Shown here: positions 26,908 to 37,364 of the stretch, piece by piece | How positions within the stretch are numbered: the first letter of the stretch is position 1 | How the letters are laid out: the number at the start of each line of letters is the position of its first letter | Origin: Clostridia bacterium | Lineage (GTDB): Bacteria > Bacillota > Clostridia > Christensenellales > Borkfalkiaceae | Assembly (NCBI GenBank): GCA_017505945.1 | Contig: JAFVOG010000075.1 | Location: 461 to 64,460, forward strand | Direction: 5' to 3' | Length of the DNA stretch: 64,000 nt | The notes under the pieces: generated by a model | Told to the model about the DNA's origin: nothing | What the model saw: only the letters and a program-made list of their open reading frames with translations | Databases searched by the model: none | Program-made: the position numbers and the translations under genes

Positions 26908-26966
26908 TAAACGCGTACACGGTAGGGGCATTTTAATACTATACATATTACTTTGGAGGTAAATTT

Positions 26967-27668
26967 ATGAACTACGTTACAGAGAAGAACAACCGTGTTT
27001 GCATTATGGGAGAAATCGTCAGCGAAGCCACCTTTTCTCACGAAGTGTACGGGGAAGGGTTTTACGAATTTTTCGTAAAAGTGATGCGCCTTTCGGGGCA
27101 GGCGGATATTTTGCCGATTACGGTGTCCGAACGGCTTATTCAAGAAGGGATGCTGTGCAAGGGCAAAACCGTTTGCGCAACGGGGCAGTTTAGAAGTTAC
27201 AACAAGATAGAAAACGGCAAGTCGCGCTTGATGCTGACGGTGTTCGTGCGCGAACTTTTGGACGAACCGTCCGTAAAAGCACCCAACAGCATTTTGCTTA
27301 GCGGTTATATTTGCAAACCGCCCGTCTATCGCACCACGCCGTTCAACCGTGAAATTGCCGACGTGCTGATTGCCGTCAACCGCGCGTACAATAAATCCGA
27401 TTATATCCCGTGTATCGCTTGGGGGCGCAACGCAAGGTTTGTCAAAAGCCTTGCCGTGGGAGATAGAATTGCCGTTTCGGGAAGAATACAAAGCAGGGAA
27501 TACCAAAAGAAACTCAGCGAAACGGAAATTAGGACTATGACCGCATACGAAGTGTCCGTTTCCAAACTCGCCACCTTTGAACAAGGGGAAGAATTTGATA
27601 TCGACGATGAGTTTGATTTATACACCATGCAAAAAACCGCACAAACGGCGGTCAACGGAGAATACTAA
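26967..27668 (+). CDS. Tandem-OB single-stranded-DNA-binding-like protein
   Basis: 233 aa. Two SSB-like OB units (NNRVCIMGEIV...ATGQFRSYNK...LTVFV and ILLSGYICKPPVYR...IAWGRNARF...VSGRIQSREYQ...AYEVSV) and an acidic C-terminal segment EEFDIDDEFDLY. GGAGG RBS. Confidence 0.65.
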   Translation: MNYVTEKNNRVCIMGEIVSEATFSHEVYGEGFYEFFVKVMRLSGQADILPITVSERLIQEGMLCKGKTVCATGQFRSYNKIENGKSRLMLTVFVRELLDEPSVKAPNSILLSGYICKPPVYRTTPFNREIADVLIAVNRAYNKSDYIPCIAWGRNARFVKSLAVGDRIAVSGRIQSREYQKKLSETEIRTMTAYEVSVSKLATFEQGEEFDIDDEFDLYTMQKTAQTAVNGEY

Positions 27669-27800
27669 TATACGCGCCACCGCAAAAATGCGGTGGCGCG
27701 TTTTTGCTAAAATTCGTCAATATTTCTTGTCCTGTTTTCGTTCTATTCCACCCCGTTTTCGCATACAATAGCGTAGAGATAAAAAGCAAGGAGAATGAAA

Positions 27801-28688
27801 ATGAACGAAGCCATCGAATACGCCGAAATGTTAGAAATACCCGTTTCCACCGTCAACGTCGTCCGCAAAAAGCGGAAAAGCAAACGCAAAACGGAACAAC
27901 CGCAACCCCCCGTCACCCTGCCCGAGCAACCTGCCCAAGCGGAAATTTCCGTAGATGCAGAACTGTTCGCAGAAAGCGCAAACAGTCAAGGTACAGTGCT
28001 TTTCGACGACGCCGAACGCATAGACACCGTACGGGTATATTCCGCCTACGACAAGCCCTTTTCAGGGGACGGACAGCTCCGTCCAAGGGACTATCCTGCG
28101 GACGAAACGGATTTGGAAGAAGAATACGTACCCGTATATTATCCCACCCGCAAGGCAGACCGTCGCACGCGCATTGCGCTTGGCGTAGAGTTTGCCAGTG
28201 CTTGCGCGCTGTGCGGTGCAATCTTTTTAACGAATATCTTTATGCCGAGTAGCGCCATCAATACCTTTTTCCGTTTCCTTGGGGAATCGTCCCAACAAAC
28301 GGACGCGCGCACGTACACCGATTTTACTCTTTCACCCGTCGTTAGCGAACTTGCCGATGCAAAACTGTCGCTTACGGAAAACGGCGTGCTCACCTTTAAG
28401 GACGCCTGCCACGTCTATCCCGCCGTGGACGGCACCGTTTCGTCCGTAACCCAAACGGAAAACGGGTATTATTGCGTAAAAATTTCCCACTCCAACTCCT
28501 TTACGGGGGTTATCGACGGGTTGCAAAACGTGTATTACGCCGTAGGGGATACGGTAAAATGCAACGTGCCCGTCGGGTACGCGGACGGCGAAACGGACGT
28601 GCAAGTGACAATGTATTCGTTTGGGGAGCTGTTAAGCTGTTTCGAACTGACGGAAGAGAATTGTTTGGCGTGGAGCGAACAAGAATAA
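27801..28688 (+). CDS. spoIVFA: SpoIVFA-like membrane protein with degenerate LytM (M23) domain
   Basis: I prefer the ATG at 27801 (7 nt after AAGGAG); the track start is 27795. Central TM IALGVEFASACALCGAIFL. The C-terminal M23-like fold (VYPAVDGTV...ISHSNSFTGVIDGL...VGDTV...) lacks the HxH motif. Lies upstream of an M50 protease, as spoIVFA does. Confidence 0.6.
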   Translation: MNEAIEYAEMLEIPVSTVNVVRKKRKSKRKTEQPQPPVTLPEQPAQAEISVDAELFAESANSQGTVLFDDAERIDTVRVYSAYDKPFSGDGQLRPRDYPADETDLEEEYVPVYYPTRKADRRTRIALGVEFASACALCGAIFLTNIFMPSSAINTFFRFLGESSQQTDARTYTDFTLSPVVSELADAKLSLTENGVLTFKDACHVYPAVDGTVSSVTQTENGYYCVKISHSNSFTGVIDGLQNVYYAVGDTVKCNVPVGYADGETDVQVTMYSFGELLSCFELTEENCLAWSEQE

Positions 28689-28699
28689 CGTCGAAAAGA

Positions 28700-28732
28700 A
28701 CAGGACGGCGCAATCGGCGCCGTCCTGTTTTG
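28700..28732 (+). terminator. Strong hairpin with U-tract between spoIVFA-like and spoIVFB-like genes
   Basis: Perfect 12-bp stem ACAGGACGGCGC (28700-28711) / GCGCCGTCCTGT (28717-28728) followed by TTTT. Confidence 0.7.
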
Positions 28733-29650
28733 CATACCCAAAACGGGGCGTTTCGTTTATCCCTACACCCGTTATTCGTGCTCGTAGGTCTATGGTATGC
28801 GCTACAAGGGGATTTATTCCTGTTTTTAATGAGCGGTTTGGTTGCCGTCCAGCACGAGCTTGCGCACGCGTTTGCATCGGCAAAACTTGGATATACGCTA
28901 CGCAAAATCGTACTGATGCCCTTTGGCGCGGTGTTAGAGGGCGACCTGTCGGGCATTACTCTAAAAGACGAAATTATCGTGGCTTTATACGGACCTTTAT
29001 GCAACCTGTTTACCGCGTTCTTTTTTGGTGCGCTTTGGTGGTTTTACCCCACCGTGTACGCGTACACGGATACCGCGTATTCCATTTCTTTGTCCATTGC
29101 GCTTGTCAATTTACTGCCCTGCTATCCCTTGGACGGCGGACGTATTTTGCGTGCCTTTCTCACGTCCGCACTCTATAACAAGCGTGGCGATTATCCCAAA
29201 GCGGAACGCACGGCTTATACCGTTTGCAAAATCGTATCCCTTTCGATAGGGGTTCTCCTTTGCGCCGTCGGAGCAGGCTTGTTATTTACGGGGCGGGGCA
29301 ATATTTCCGCTTGTCTGTTCGGCGCGTTTCTAATCGTGGGAGCGTTACAAAATACGCGCAACGTTTCGTATGCCAAAATCCGTTTTTCGCAAGCGGACGC
29401 GCTAAAACGTGGCGTAGAAACACGGCGCATTGCCGTACTGCAAACGTGCAAGCTCAAAGACGTTTTCCGTTTTATTCGCCAAAGCTCGTTTCTCATTTTG
29501 GACGTGTATTCGACAGACGAACAGCCTCTGTTTACCGTCACGCAAAACGAGCTTGACAACCTGTTTTTGCGCGCAAACTCTCCCTATGCTACGCTTGGAG
29601 AATTATATAGCCAAGCACAAACGGAACAAACCCGAAAAAACGAGGCATAA
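28730..29650 (+). CDS. spoIVFB: SpoIVFB-like M50 site-2 metalloprotease with C-terminal CBS-like domain
   Basis: HExxH in a TM helix (VAVQHELAHAF) and NLLPCYPLDGG (NxxPxxxLDG). The only in-frame start that leaves the first TM intact is the TTG at 28730 (no SD). The track ORF from 28472 overlaps the upstream gene. Confidence 0.7.
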   Translation: MHTQNGAFRLSLHPLFVLVGLWYALQGDLFLFLMSGLVAVQHELAHAFASAKLGYTLRKIVLMPFGAVLEGDLSGITLKDEIIVALYGPLCNLFTAFFFGALWWFYPTVYAYTDTAYSISLSIALVNLLPCYPLDGGRILRAFLTSALYNKRGDYPKAERTAYTVCKIVSLSIGVLLCAVGAGLLFTGRGNISACLFGAFLIVGALQNTRNVSYAKIRFSQADALKRGVETRRIAVLQTCKLKDVFRFIRQSSFLILDVYSTDEQPLFTVTQNELDNLFLRANSPYATLGELYSQAQTEQTRKNEA

Positions 29651-29759
29651 TTTTAGAAAAAAGGGTGTAAAACGGACAAAACCCCTTGCAAAATGCACGT
29701 TTCTTTGTTATACTTATACCGTTAGCAGGTTGACAAATACAAAGTTTTGGAAGAACGAA

Positions 29760-31268
29760 ATGAAAAAAGAATGGTTTTTCGACAGACATTGTGGGTTGCA
29801 ACTTACCGCTTTAATGGAAGACGGTAAACTCACCGAATTTTTTACCGAACGCGAAAGTCGCGTAGGCTTAGTAGGGGACGTATATAAAGGCAAAGTTACC
29901 AACGTTTTATCGGGTATGAACGCCGTATTCGTGTCCTGCGGTTTGGAAAAGAATTGTTATTTGTCAACGGAAGAGACTTACACGGACTATACGAAATACG
30001 ACGGAACGCGCGTACAAACGGACGAACAACCGTTACAGCTTAACGTAGGCGACGAAATTTTGGTACAAATCACCAAGCCTGCGCGCGGAAACAAGGGCGC
30101 GAAAGTGACGACGCATCTCTCGTTTGTGGGAAAACGGCTCATTTACCTGCCCACCACCGACTTTTTGGGGATTTCCCGTAAAATCACGGACGAAACGCAA
30201 CGGGAAAAGCTGTTAAAAATTGCCGACGGAATGCGCGATAAAAACACGCACAGCGGTTTTATCGTGCGCACGCAAGCTCCGCTTGCCACGCAAAAACAAT
30301 TAAAAACAGAAGCAGGGTATCTTAAAAAACTGTACGAAGAAATGCTGGAAAAAGCAAAAACGGCAAAAGTGGGCGACGTGTTATACCAAGACGAAGATTT
30401 GGTAACGCGCACCGTACGCGATTCGTTCGGGGCGGAGCTTGTCGCTATACACGTCGGCGACGAAAAGTTGTACCTGCAACTGCTTGACCGTATCCGTTTG
30501 CGCGGAGATATCCCCGAACGCAAGCTCATCCGCTATCAAGGCGAACGCTCGATGTTTTCCGAACTTGGCATAACCGCGCGTATCGACGCCGTATCTTCCC
30601 CCAAAGTGCCCCTGCCTTGCGGTGGATATTTGGTACTCGAACACACCGAAGCTATGACGGTTATCGACGTAAATACGGGAAGTTTCACGGGGAACAATAA
30701 TTTAGAAGAAACAGTGTATGCCGTCAATTTGGAAGCGGTAGAAGAAATTGCACGGCAAGTACGGCTTAGAAACGTCGGCGGTATTATCGCAGTGGATTTT
30801 ATCGATATGGTAGAAGAAGCGCACAAGCAAGCCGTAACGCTTGCCTTGGAAGAACGGCTTGCCAAAGACAGCGCAAAATGCAAGGTGTCGCCTATGAACG
30901 ACTTTTGCGTGACGTTGTTTACGAGAAAGCGCGTAGGGGATAACGTGTTATCCTTTTTAACCAAATCTTGCCCCACCTGTCAAGGCGCAGGATACGTTGC
31001 GGACGATTTGTACGTAATCTCCCGTGTTCGAGAAAGTATTATGGACTGTTTTGCAAGCGGTTACGAATCGGCTGTCATCGACATAAACCAGGATATTCTC
31101 AAACGCATTATAGACGAGCGTTTGTTTGAAGAAGAACGCAAAACGCTGTGGAAAGAAAAGCGCGTATATTTTGTTCCGCACAAGACGTATAAGGAACACG
31201 TGTTCCACGTCAAAGGGGATAATTCGTCGGTGCTCACCCTGCCCAACAACGCGCAAATCCTGTATTAA
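29760..31268 (+). CDS. rng: Ribonuclease G/E family protein
   Basis: ATG at 29760 (MKKEWFFDR...). S1 domain (GDVYKGKVTNVLSGMNAVFVSCG), then the catalytic core with EAMTVIDVNTGSFTG. 502 aa. Confidence 0.85.
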   Translation: MKKEWFFDRHCGLQLTALMEDGKLTEFFTERESRVGLVGDVYKGKVTNVLSGMNAVFVSCGLEKNCYLSTEETYTDYTKYDGTRVQTDEQPLQLNVGDEILVQITKPARGNKGAKVTTHLSFVGKRLIYLPTTDFLGISRKITDETQREKLLKIADGMRDKNTHSGFIVRTQAPLATQKQLKTEAGYLKKLYEEMLEKAKTAKVGDVLYQDEDLVTRTVRDSFGAELVAIHVGDEKLYLQLLDRIRLRGDIPERKLIRYQGERSMFSELGITARIDAVSSPKVPLPCGGYLVLEHTEAMTVIDVNTGSFTGNNNLEETVYAVNLEAVEEIARQVRLRNVGGIIAVDFIDMVEEAHKQAVTLALEERLAKDSAKCKVSPMNDFCVTLFTRKRVGDNVLSFLTKSCPTCQGAGYVADDLYVISRVRESIMDCFASGYESAVIDINQDILKRIIDERLFEEERKTLWKEKRVYFVPHKTYKEHVFHVKGDNSSVLTLPNNAQILY

Positions 31269-31302
31269 AAACAAAAAGGGGCATACCGTGTATGCGTTGA
31301 AT

Positions 31303-31350
31303 ATAAAAACACCGCCCGTGGCTAACGCCACGGGCGGTGTTTGTTTTTTA
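31303..31350. terminator. Bidirectional terminator between the RNase G/E gene and clpX
   Basis: 14-bp stem acaccgcccgtggc (31309-31322) / gccacgggcggtgt (31327-31340), flanked by A5 and a T-run. Confidence 0.9.
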
Positions 31351-31351
31351 T

Positions 31352-32590
31352 TTACGCCGTTTGTTTATACATAAGCTTGGGGCTTGCGCCTTCGGTTAAA
31401 CATTCCTTGGTTACGACGACTTCTTCGATATTCTCTTGCGAAGGGATATCGTACATCACTTCGGTCATCACGCTTTCGATAATCGTACGAAGTCCGCGCG
31501 CGCCAGTCTTTAAGCGAATCGCCGTTTGCGCAATCTCGCGCACCGCGTCTTCTTCTACGGTAAGCTTTACGCCGTCAAAGCCGACAAGCTTTTGGTATTG
31601 TTTGATAATCGCGTTTTTCGGTTCGGTTAAAATCTTGACGAGTGCATTTTCGTCAAGCGGTTCTAAGTTGACGACAATCGGGAGCCTACCCACAAATTCG
31701 GGAATCAGCCCAAATTTAGTCAAATCCTGCGGTTTTACGTCGTCCAAAACGGAATAGTCCGCTTCGTTTTCGCCCAGCCGTACCTTACCGCCAAACCCAA
31801 GCGTCGTATCGTCCTTTCTCGAAGATACGATTTTGTCGAGTCCCACGAACGCGCCACCGCAAATAAACAAAATATTCGTGGTGTCAATACGCAAACACTC
31901 TTGGTTGGGGTGTTTTCTACCGCCTTGGGGGGGCACGTTAGCCGTCGTGCTTTCGATAATTTTCAAAAGAGCTTGTTGTACGCCTTCGCCCGAAACGTCG
32001 CGAGTGATGGATACGTTTTCGCTCTTTCTTGCAATTTTATCAATTTCGTCGATATAGATAATACCGCGTTGTGCGCGTTCAATATCAAAATCGGCGTTTT
32101 GGATAAGCTCTAACAGGATATTTTCCACGTCTTCGCCCACGTAACCCGCTTCGGTAAGCGTCGTTGCGTCGCAAGTCGCGAAGGGTACGTTCAAAATTTT
32201 TGCAAGCGTACGCGCAAGCAACGTTTTACCGCTACCCGTAGGGCCAAGCAAGAGTACGTTGCTCTTTTCAATTTCTACACCGTCGTCCGTTTGATTTTTC
32301 TTGGACGTCGCGTTAATGCGCTTGTAGTGGTTATACACCGCAACGGACAACACGCGCTTTGCCTTGTCTTGCCCTACGATATATTTATCCAGCTCCGCCT
32401 TGATTTCCGCAGGCTTTTTCAAGGGAACGTCCGTTTGTTCCACTTTGTCGTCCTGCCATTCTTCCACCATAGATTTGCAAATTTCTACACACTCGTCGCA
32501 GATACACGCGCCGTCGGGGCCCGTGATTAAACGACGGGTTTCTTCTTTGGGTTTTCCGCAAAAGGAACAACGTTGAGATTTATTTGCCAT
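31352..32590 (-). CDS. clpX: ATP-dependent Clp protease ATP-binding subunit ClpX
   Basis: 412 aa. Zinc-ribbon CSFCGK...CDEC, Walker [18 protein letters not shown]. Confidence 0.95.
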   Translation of the reverse strand: MANKSQRCSFCGKPKEETRRLITGPDGACICDECVEICKSMVEEWQDDKVEQTDVPLKKPAEIKAELDKYIVGQDKAKRVLSVAVYNHYKRINATSKKNQTDDGVEIEKSNVLLLGPTGSGKTLLARTLAKILNVPFATCDATTLTEAGYVGEDVENILLELIQNADFDIERAQRGIIYIDEIDKIARKSENVSITRDVSGEGVQQALLKIIESTTANVPPQGGRKHPNQECLRIDTTNILFICGGAFVGLDKIVSSRKDDTTLGFGGKVRLGENEADYSVLDDVKPQDLTKFGLIPEFVGRLPIVVNLEPLDENALVKILTEPKNAIIKQYQKLVGFDGVKLTVEEDAVREIAQTAIRLKTGARGLRTIIESVMTEVMYDIPSQENIEEVVVTKECLTEGASPKLMYKQTA

Positions 32591-32707
32591 ACTTTTCTCC
32601 GTTACTTATTTATAAATGGTATGCCTTGCGACGAAAAATAGTGCAAGGCGGTTTTTCTATACTTATTTATACCCAAAAGCACGCGCTTTCAATCACGTTT
32701 TCTTTTA

Positions 32708-32745
32708 GGAAAAATACTGCGCAAAACGCGAACCGTTTTGCGCAG
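32708..32745 (-). terminator. Intrinsic terminator downstream of clpP
   Basis: 12-bp stem ctgcgcaaaacg (32717-32728) / cgttttgcgcag (32734-32745). The + strand A-run at 32710-32714 (ggAAAAAtac) gives UAUUUUU on the - strand. Confidence 0.75.
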
Positions 32746-32759
32746 AGATATTTATTGCC

Positions 32760-33359
32760 TTATCTTCTCACGAACACTTTATCAATTAAGCCATACGCAC
32801 GGGCTTCGTCCGCGGACATATAATTGTCTCTGTCCGTATCCCGTTCGATGGTGGCGATATCCCGTCCCGAGTTCTCCGCTAAAATTCTATTCAGCTTAGC
32901 CTTGGTACGAAGAATATGTTCCGCTTGAATTTTAATATCGCTCGCTTGCCCTTGCGCACCGCCCAAAGGTTGGTGAATCATAATCTCCGAGTTGGGCAAT
33001 GCAAAACGCTTTCCCTTTGCGCCACTGGACAATAAGAAGGCACCCATGGACGCGGCGAGCCCGATACAAATGGTGGAAACGTCGCATTTGATATAGTTCA
33101 TCGTGTCGTAAATCGCCATACCTGCGGAAACGCTTCCGCCGGGGGAGTTGATATACAAGCTGATGTCTTTCGTGGGGTCTTTCCCTTCCAAATAGATAAG
33201 TTGCGCCACGACGGTGTTTGCCAAAGCGTCGTTGATTTCACCGCTTAAAAAGATGATGCGGTCTTCGAGCATTCTCGAATACAAATCAAACGAGCGTTCG
33301 CCCGTTGCCGTGCGTTCTACAACGTAGGGGATTAAAACGTTTTTTTCCATATTTTGCAC
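32760..33359 (-). CDS. clpP: ATP-dependent Clp protease proteolytic subunit ClpP
   Basis: 199 aa. INSPGGSV, catalytic Ser context [16 protein letters not shown]. The start may be MEKN at 33350. Overlaps the tig 3' end. Confidence 0.95.
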   Translation of the reverse strand: MQNMEKNVLIPYVVERTATGERSFDLYSRMLEDRIIFLSGEINDALANTVVAQLIYLEGKDPTKDISLYINSPGGSVSAGMAIYDTMNYIKCDVSTICIGLAASMGAFLLSSGAKGKRFALPNSEIMIHQPLGGAQGQASDIKIQAEHILRTKAKLNRILAENSGRDIATIERDTDRDNYMSADEARAYGLIDKVFVRR

Positions 33360-34669
33360 TTTGCGCTCCTATACTTAGTCATGTACATTTCGTTGTTTTC
33401 TTGCAAGAACTTGAAGAGTTTTACAATGATGATATCGCTACGGATATAATCGAATTGACGGGGGTCCATACCCTTCTTGTATTCTTCTACGTCCTTGTCA
33501 ACCGATTTTGCTTGTTCCACAACTTTTGCTTCTACTTCTTCTTCGGTTGCTTCGATTTTTTCGTCCTTGATGATTTGCGAAATGATAAGTTGGCTCATTA
33601 CGTTCTTCTTCGCGGATTCTTCGTAGTTCTTTCTGAATTCTTCCTTCGTAACCTTCAAGAAATCCAAATAGTCTTGCAATTTAAGACCTTGATACATCAA
33701 TTGATACTCGAATTTTTGGATAAGGTTATCGATTTCTCTTTCAATCATCGCTTGGGGAATTTCCGCTTCGGTATTTGCAGAAATGGCTTCCAAAATGCTG
33801 TTTTCGGTTGCATCTACGCTACGTCTGTCCGCTTGCGCTTGCAATCTTTCACGCGTTTTTGCCTTGTATTCTTCCACCGTTGCACTGCCCGTTGCGTCCT
33901 TAATAAATTCGTCCGTAACTTCGGGAAGTTCTTTGCCTTGGATTGCGTTTAACGTAACGGCAAATACTGCAGGTTTGCCTTTCAACGCTTCCGCTTGGTA
34001 ATTTTCGGGGAAGGTAACGTTTACGTCCTTCGTTTCGCCGATGTTCATACCAACCACTTGGTCTTCAAAGCCGGGGATAAATTGACCGCTACCAAGCGTC
34101 AAATCAAAGCCCTTTGCTTCGCCACCGTCAAACTTAACGCCGTCAACCGTACCCACGAAGTCGATATTCACGATATCGCCGAGCGCGCAAGCTCTGTCCG
34201 TAACGTCAACTTTACGAGCGTTTCTGTCTTGTACGCGAGCGATTTCCGCGTCGATTTCCGCGTCTTGTACAGTATATTCGTATTTCTTAATCTTCATACC
34301 CTTGTAGGACGAAATTTTCACTTCGGGCTTAACGGGTACTACCGCTACGAGCGTTACGCCTTCTTCCGAGAAATCTTCCACGGAAACGTCGGGGTCGCCA
34401 ACCACCGTAAATTTCTTTTCGCATTTATCCAAAACGTCGCCGTAGTTGTCGCCAAACAATGCGTTGAGCGCGTCTTCGTAGAATACACCCTTGCCGTAAA
34501 CGCTTTCAATCACGTTTTTGGGTGCTTTGCCTTTACGGAACCCGTTTACCGTAAATTTACCGCGGTTTTTCAAATACGCTTGCGTTTGTGCGTTTTTCCA
34601 TTCTTCCGCGTCAAACTTCATCGTAATTTTAACCGTACTTTTTTCGCCTGCTTTGGTAGTGTACTTCAT
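33332..34669 (-). CDS. tig: Trigger factor
   Basis: 445 aa. N-terminal ribosome-binding motif GFRKGKAP, central FKBP-type PPIase, C-terminal helical arm. Confidence 0.9.
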   Translation of the reverse strand: MKYTTKAGEKSTVKITMKFDAEEWKNAQTQAYLKNRGKFTVNGFRKGKAPKNVIESVYGKGVFYEDALNALFGDNYGDVLDKCEKKFTVVGDPDVSVEDFSEEGVTLVAVVPVKPEVKISSYKGMKIKKYEYTVQDAEIDAEIARVQDRNARKVDVTDRACALGDIVNIDFVGTVDGVKFDGGEAKGFDLTLGSGQFIPGFEDQVVGMNIGETKDVNVTFPENYQAEALKGKPAVFAVTLNAIQGKELPEVTDEFIKDATGSATVEEYKAKTRERLQAQADRRSVDATENSILEAISANTEAEIPQAMIEREIDNLIQKFEYQLMYQGLKLQDYLDFLKVTKEEFRKNYEESAKKNVMSQLIISQIIKDEKIEATEEEVEAKVVEQAKSVDKDVEEYKKGMDPRQFDYIRSDIIIVKLFKFLQENNEMYMTKYRSAKCKIWKKTF

Positions 34670-34911
34670 AGTTTTTCTCCTGCTTATAATACTTGAATTT
34701 TTATTTTTTATTTATTTTCGCGCGCGCCGTTTTCTACATTATATCATAACGTACGTACGCTTTTTACATTTTACCATATTTGTCAAAGAAAATAAAGCGT
34801 TTTTTAACCGTTTTTATTTACATTTTGCAATTTTTGCGTTATAATTTAAGAGAAGTTTTTCCCTTTCGACGGTTTTTTTCAAATTCCGCCGTACCCTTTA
34901 AGGAGTAGAGT

Positions 34912-36621
34912 ATGCCACAAGACGCTTTTCATATCCGCCGTAGCACGGCTGAGCTTAGCTCCTTGCTGACGGGCGGTAAAATCAACCGCATCTCGCAAGT
35001 AAGCAAAGACGAGCTTACTTTTATTATATACACGGGAAAAAGCGCGGTTAAACTGATTATTAGCGCAAATGCGACAAATTGTCGGGTTTGTTTGTCCAAC
35101 ACGGAAAAAACGCCCTTGCCCGTCGCCCCGAATTTTTGCATGCTCCTTAGAAAGCATTTGCAGGGCGCGGAAATTTTGTCCATACGCCAACTCGGGTTTG
35201 AGCGTATCGTGGAAATCACCCTGCTTTGCACGTCCGATTTTTCCCAAAGCAAACGCGTTTTATACTGCGAACTGATGGGCAAATACTCCAACGTAGTATT
35301 GACGGAAAACGGGATAATTTTAGGCGCACTGAAAACGAGTTCGCTCCTTGACGACACCCACCGCGTACTCCTTGCAGGCGCAAAATACGAATTGCCACAA
35401 CCGCAGGACAAATTATCACATACGGATAAGGCAGGGCTTAGCGTACTTTTCGACAATTTCTTACAAAACCGTGCAGACGGGTACGACGTGGACGCGCTTT
35501 CCAAACTGCTGTTTGAAAACGTGGCAGGGCTTGCTTTGCCTACGTGTAGGCAAATTGCCTTTCGGTATTTACAAACGCACGACAGCTTACAAAATTTACC
35601 TGCATTTCTGTTGGAATTTTGCGAAAACGAACCGTGTTTGCCCTGCTTGATTATGCAAGACGGCACGCCTTGCGACTTTTTCGCGTTCCCCGTAGAACAC
35701 GGCGTGCAAACGCCTTCGCTTTGCAAAGCGGAAGACGACTACTACACGTACAAGGAAACGAGCAAGGATTTCGCCGATAAAAAGCGTAAATTGCAATCTC
35801 TTGCACAAGGCTTGCGCAAAAAGACGGCGAAACGCTTGCAGGACACGGCGGATAAGCTCCGCGAAGCACAAAAAGCGGACGAATACCGCATAAAAGGGGA
35901 ACTTCTTACCGCCAACTTATATGCGGTAAAAGACGGCCAACGCACCGTCGAACTCGTCAACTGGTACGACGAAAACGGGGGCACTTTGCAAGTGGCGTTA
36001 GACCCCACGATTTCCCCGTCTAAAAACGCGCAACGGTATTTCAAGACGTATAACAAACTCAAACGCGCAAAGGAAGTGCTTTCACCAAGACTGCGCGCAG
36101 ACGAAGAAGAACTTTCCTACGTGGACAGCGTACTTTCGAGTATTGCGCTTGCGGAACGCGCGGACGATTTGACGGAAATCAGGGAAGAACTCGTTTTGCT
36201 TGGGCTTATCAAGACGGATGAGAAAAAGGCAAAAAAACAAAAGAAAGAAACACCCGTGCCGTTTCGGCGTTACGAGTTTATGGGCTATACCGTACTCGTC
36301 GGCAGAAACAACGTACAAAACGATAGGCTTTTGAAAGAAGTTTCGGCAAACGATATTTGGTTGCACGTGCAAAAATACCACTCGTCCCACGTCGTTATCA
36401 TAAATAAAGGGGGGCAGGTACGCGACGAAATCATTAAATTCGCGTGCGAAATATGCGCGTATTATTCGCAAGGACAAAAGGGGGATAAAATCCCCGTCGA
36501 TTATTGCCCCCGTAAATTCGTTAAAAAGCCAAACCGTAGCAAGGCAGGATTCGTCGTATATACCGATTATAAAACGGCACTTGCTAAGCCGTGCGCCCAC
36601 GAAGAGTACCGTGTGGATTAA
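34912..36621 (+). CDS. rqcH: NFACT-family ribosome quality-control protein RqcH (FbpA-like)
   Basis: 569 aa. NFACT-N start (AFHIRRSTAELSSLLTGGKINRISQ), coiled-coil middle, NFACT-R (DIWLHVQKYHSSHVVI). AAGGAG RBS. Confidence 0.85.
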   Translation: MPQDAFHIRRSTAELSSLLTGGKINRISQVSKDELTFIIYTGKSAVKLIISANATNCRVCLSNTEKTPLPVAPNFCMLLRKHLQGAEILSIRQLGFERIVEITLLCTSDFSQSKRVLYCELMGKYSNVVLTENGIILGALKTSSLLDDTHRVLLAGAKYELPQPQDKLSHTDKAGLSVLFDNFLQNRADGYDVDALSKLLFENVAGLALPTCRQIAFRYLQTHDSLQNLPAFLLEFCENEPCLPCLIMQDGTPCDFFAFPVEHGVQTPSLCKAEDDYYTYKETSKDFADKKRKLQSLAQGLRKKTAKRLQDTADKLREAQKADEYRIKGELLTANLYAVKDGQRTVELVNWYDENGGTLQVALDPTISPSKNAQRYFKTYNKLKRAKEVLSPRLRADEEELSYVDSVLSSIALAERADDLTEIREELVLLGLIKTDEKKAKKQKKETPVPFRRYEFMGYTVLVGRNNVQNDRLLKEVSANDIWLHVQKYHSSHVVIINKGGQVRDEIIKFACEICAYYSQGQKGDKIPVDYCPRKFVKKPNRSKAGFVVYTDYKTALAKPCAHEEYRVD

Positions 36622-36628
36622 GTAAATA

Positions 36629-36668
36629 AACCGCCCAAAGCGTTCGGCTTTGGGCGGTTGTTGTTTGG
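36629..36668. terminator. Bidirectional terminator after rqcH
   Basis: ccgcccaaagc (36631-36641) / gctttgggcgg (36647-36657) followed by a T-rich tract. Confidence 0.8.
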
Positions 36669-36683
36669 AAAAGGGGTTATCCC

Positions 36684-37130
36684 TTATAAACGTTCTTTCC
36701 AAATTTCTTCAAACCGTTCTTCCATTTTCAAAAATTCTTCCGCTAAGGCGCGGATTTCTTCGTGCGCGTCGGGGGACAGTTCGCCAAGCGATTTTTTCAG
36801 CGCCGTTATCCCCATAACCGTGCCTTGCACCATCATTTCCGCCACGTGCGACGGAGAATTGTCGGTGAGCGTACTCATCTTAATCGAACCCCACATCATC
36901 ATTTTCTTAAACGGGTTGGGGTCTTTGAGTTCAATCCCTTTATCCTTGGCAATCACGGCGGTTTTTGCCGAAATTTGTTCGTATTCTTCGTGCTGACGAA
37001 GGAGTTCTTCTCTCGTCGGCATATCGTCTATCTGCGGTAACAAGTTAGATATCGATTGCAACGCAAGTTGCGTATTGCGATATACTTCGGCAAGCACTTC
37101 TTCGCTTTGTTTGTTCGCTTGATTTTCCAT
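36684..37130 (-). CDS. Hypothetical helical protein, 148 aa
   Basis: ATG at 37130 (MENQANKQSEE...), preceded by AAGGAGA. The 330-aa track ORF upstream of this ATG overlaps the rplU gene and leader, so it was trimmed. Confidence 0.6.
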   Translation of the reverse strand: MENQANKQSEEVLAEVYRNTQLALQSISNLLPQIDDMPTREELLRQHEEYEQISAKTAVIAKDKGIELKDPNPFKKMMMWGSIKMSTLTDNSPSHVAEMMVQGTVMGITALKKSLGELSPDAHEEIRALAEEFLKMEERFEEIWKERL

Positions 37131-37220
37131 AATGCGTTCTCCTTTTCTCTTATCTTGCGGAATTTGTCCAAAAAACATACGTATTTTTTTATAAAAAATA
37201 GAAATGTGACGAAAAAACGC

Positions 37221-37250
37221 TTGACGGAGCGCAAAGGATTGTGTTATATT
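37221..37250 (+). promoter_or_regulatory. Candidate promoter of rplU-rpmA
   Basis: TTGACG (37221-37226) - 18 nt - TATATT (37245-37250), with TGt upstream of the -10. Leader of about 110 nt. Confidence 0.45.
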
Positions 37251-37364
37251 TATAGTCGAGCCGATAGAAACGGGCTTTATTAAGTTGCATTTTTTGACGG
37301 AATTTTCCCCAAAAAGCACGCCTTGGTTATTCTTCGAGACTGGAAAGAGGAGGTAAAAATTTTT

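Noticed and set aside
28472-28729. Arg-rich N-terminal extension of the M50 protease ORF, and the similar 5' extension of the RNase G/E ORF (29430..29759).
   Set aside because: Both extensions overlap the 3' end of the preceding gene in another frame and have unnatural composition. Alignment with the SpoIVFB and RNase G N-termini supports the shorter forms.
26896-29069. Recurrent CCGTGTAC / GTACACGG arms. There is a hairpin over the deacetylase stop (26896-26922), a perfect 18-bp palindrome CCGTGTACGCGTACACGG inside the M50 protease gene (29052-29069), and single copies near 31287 and 39111.
   Set aside because: About five occurrences of an 8-mer against about two expected on both strands is not significant. 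The contexts differ (coding, terminator-like), so there is no consistent operator placement.
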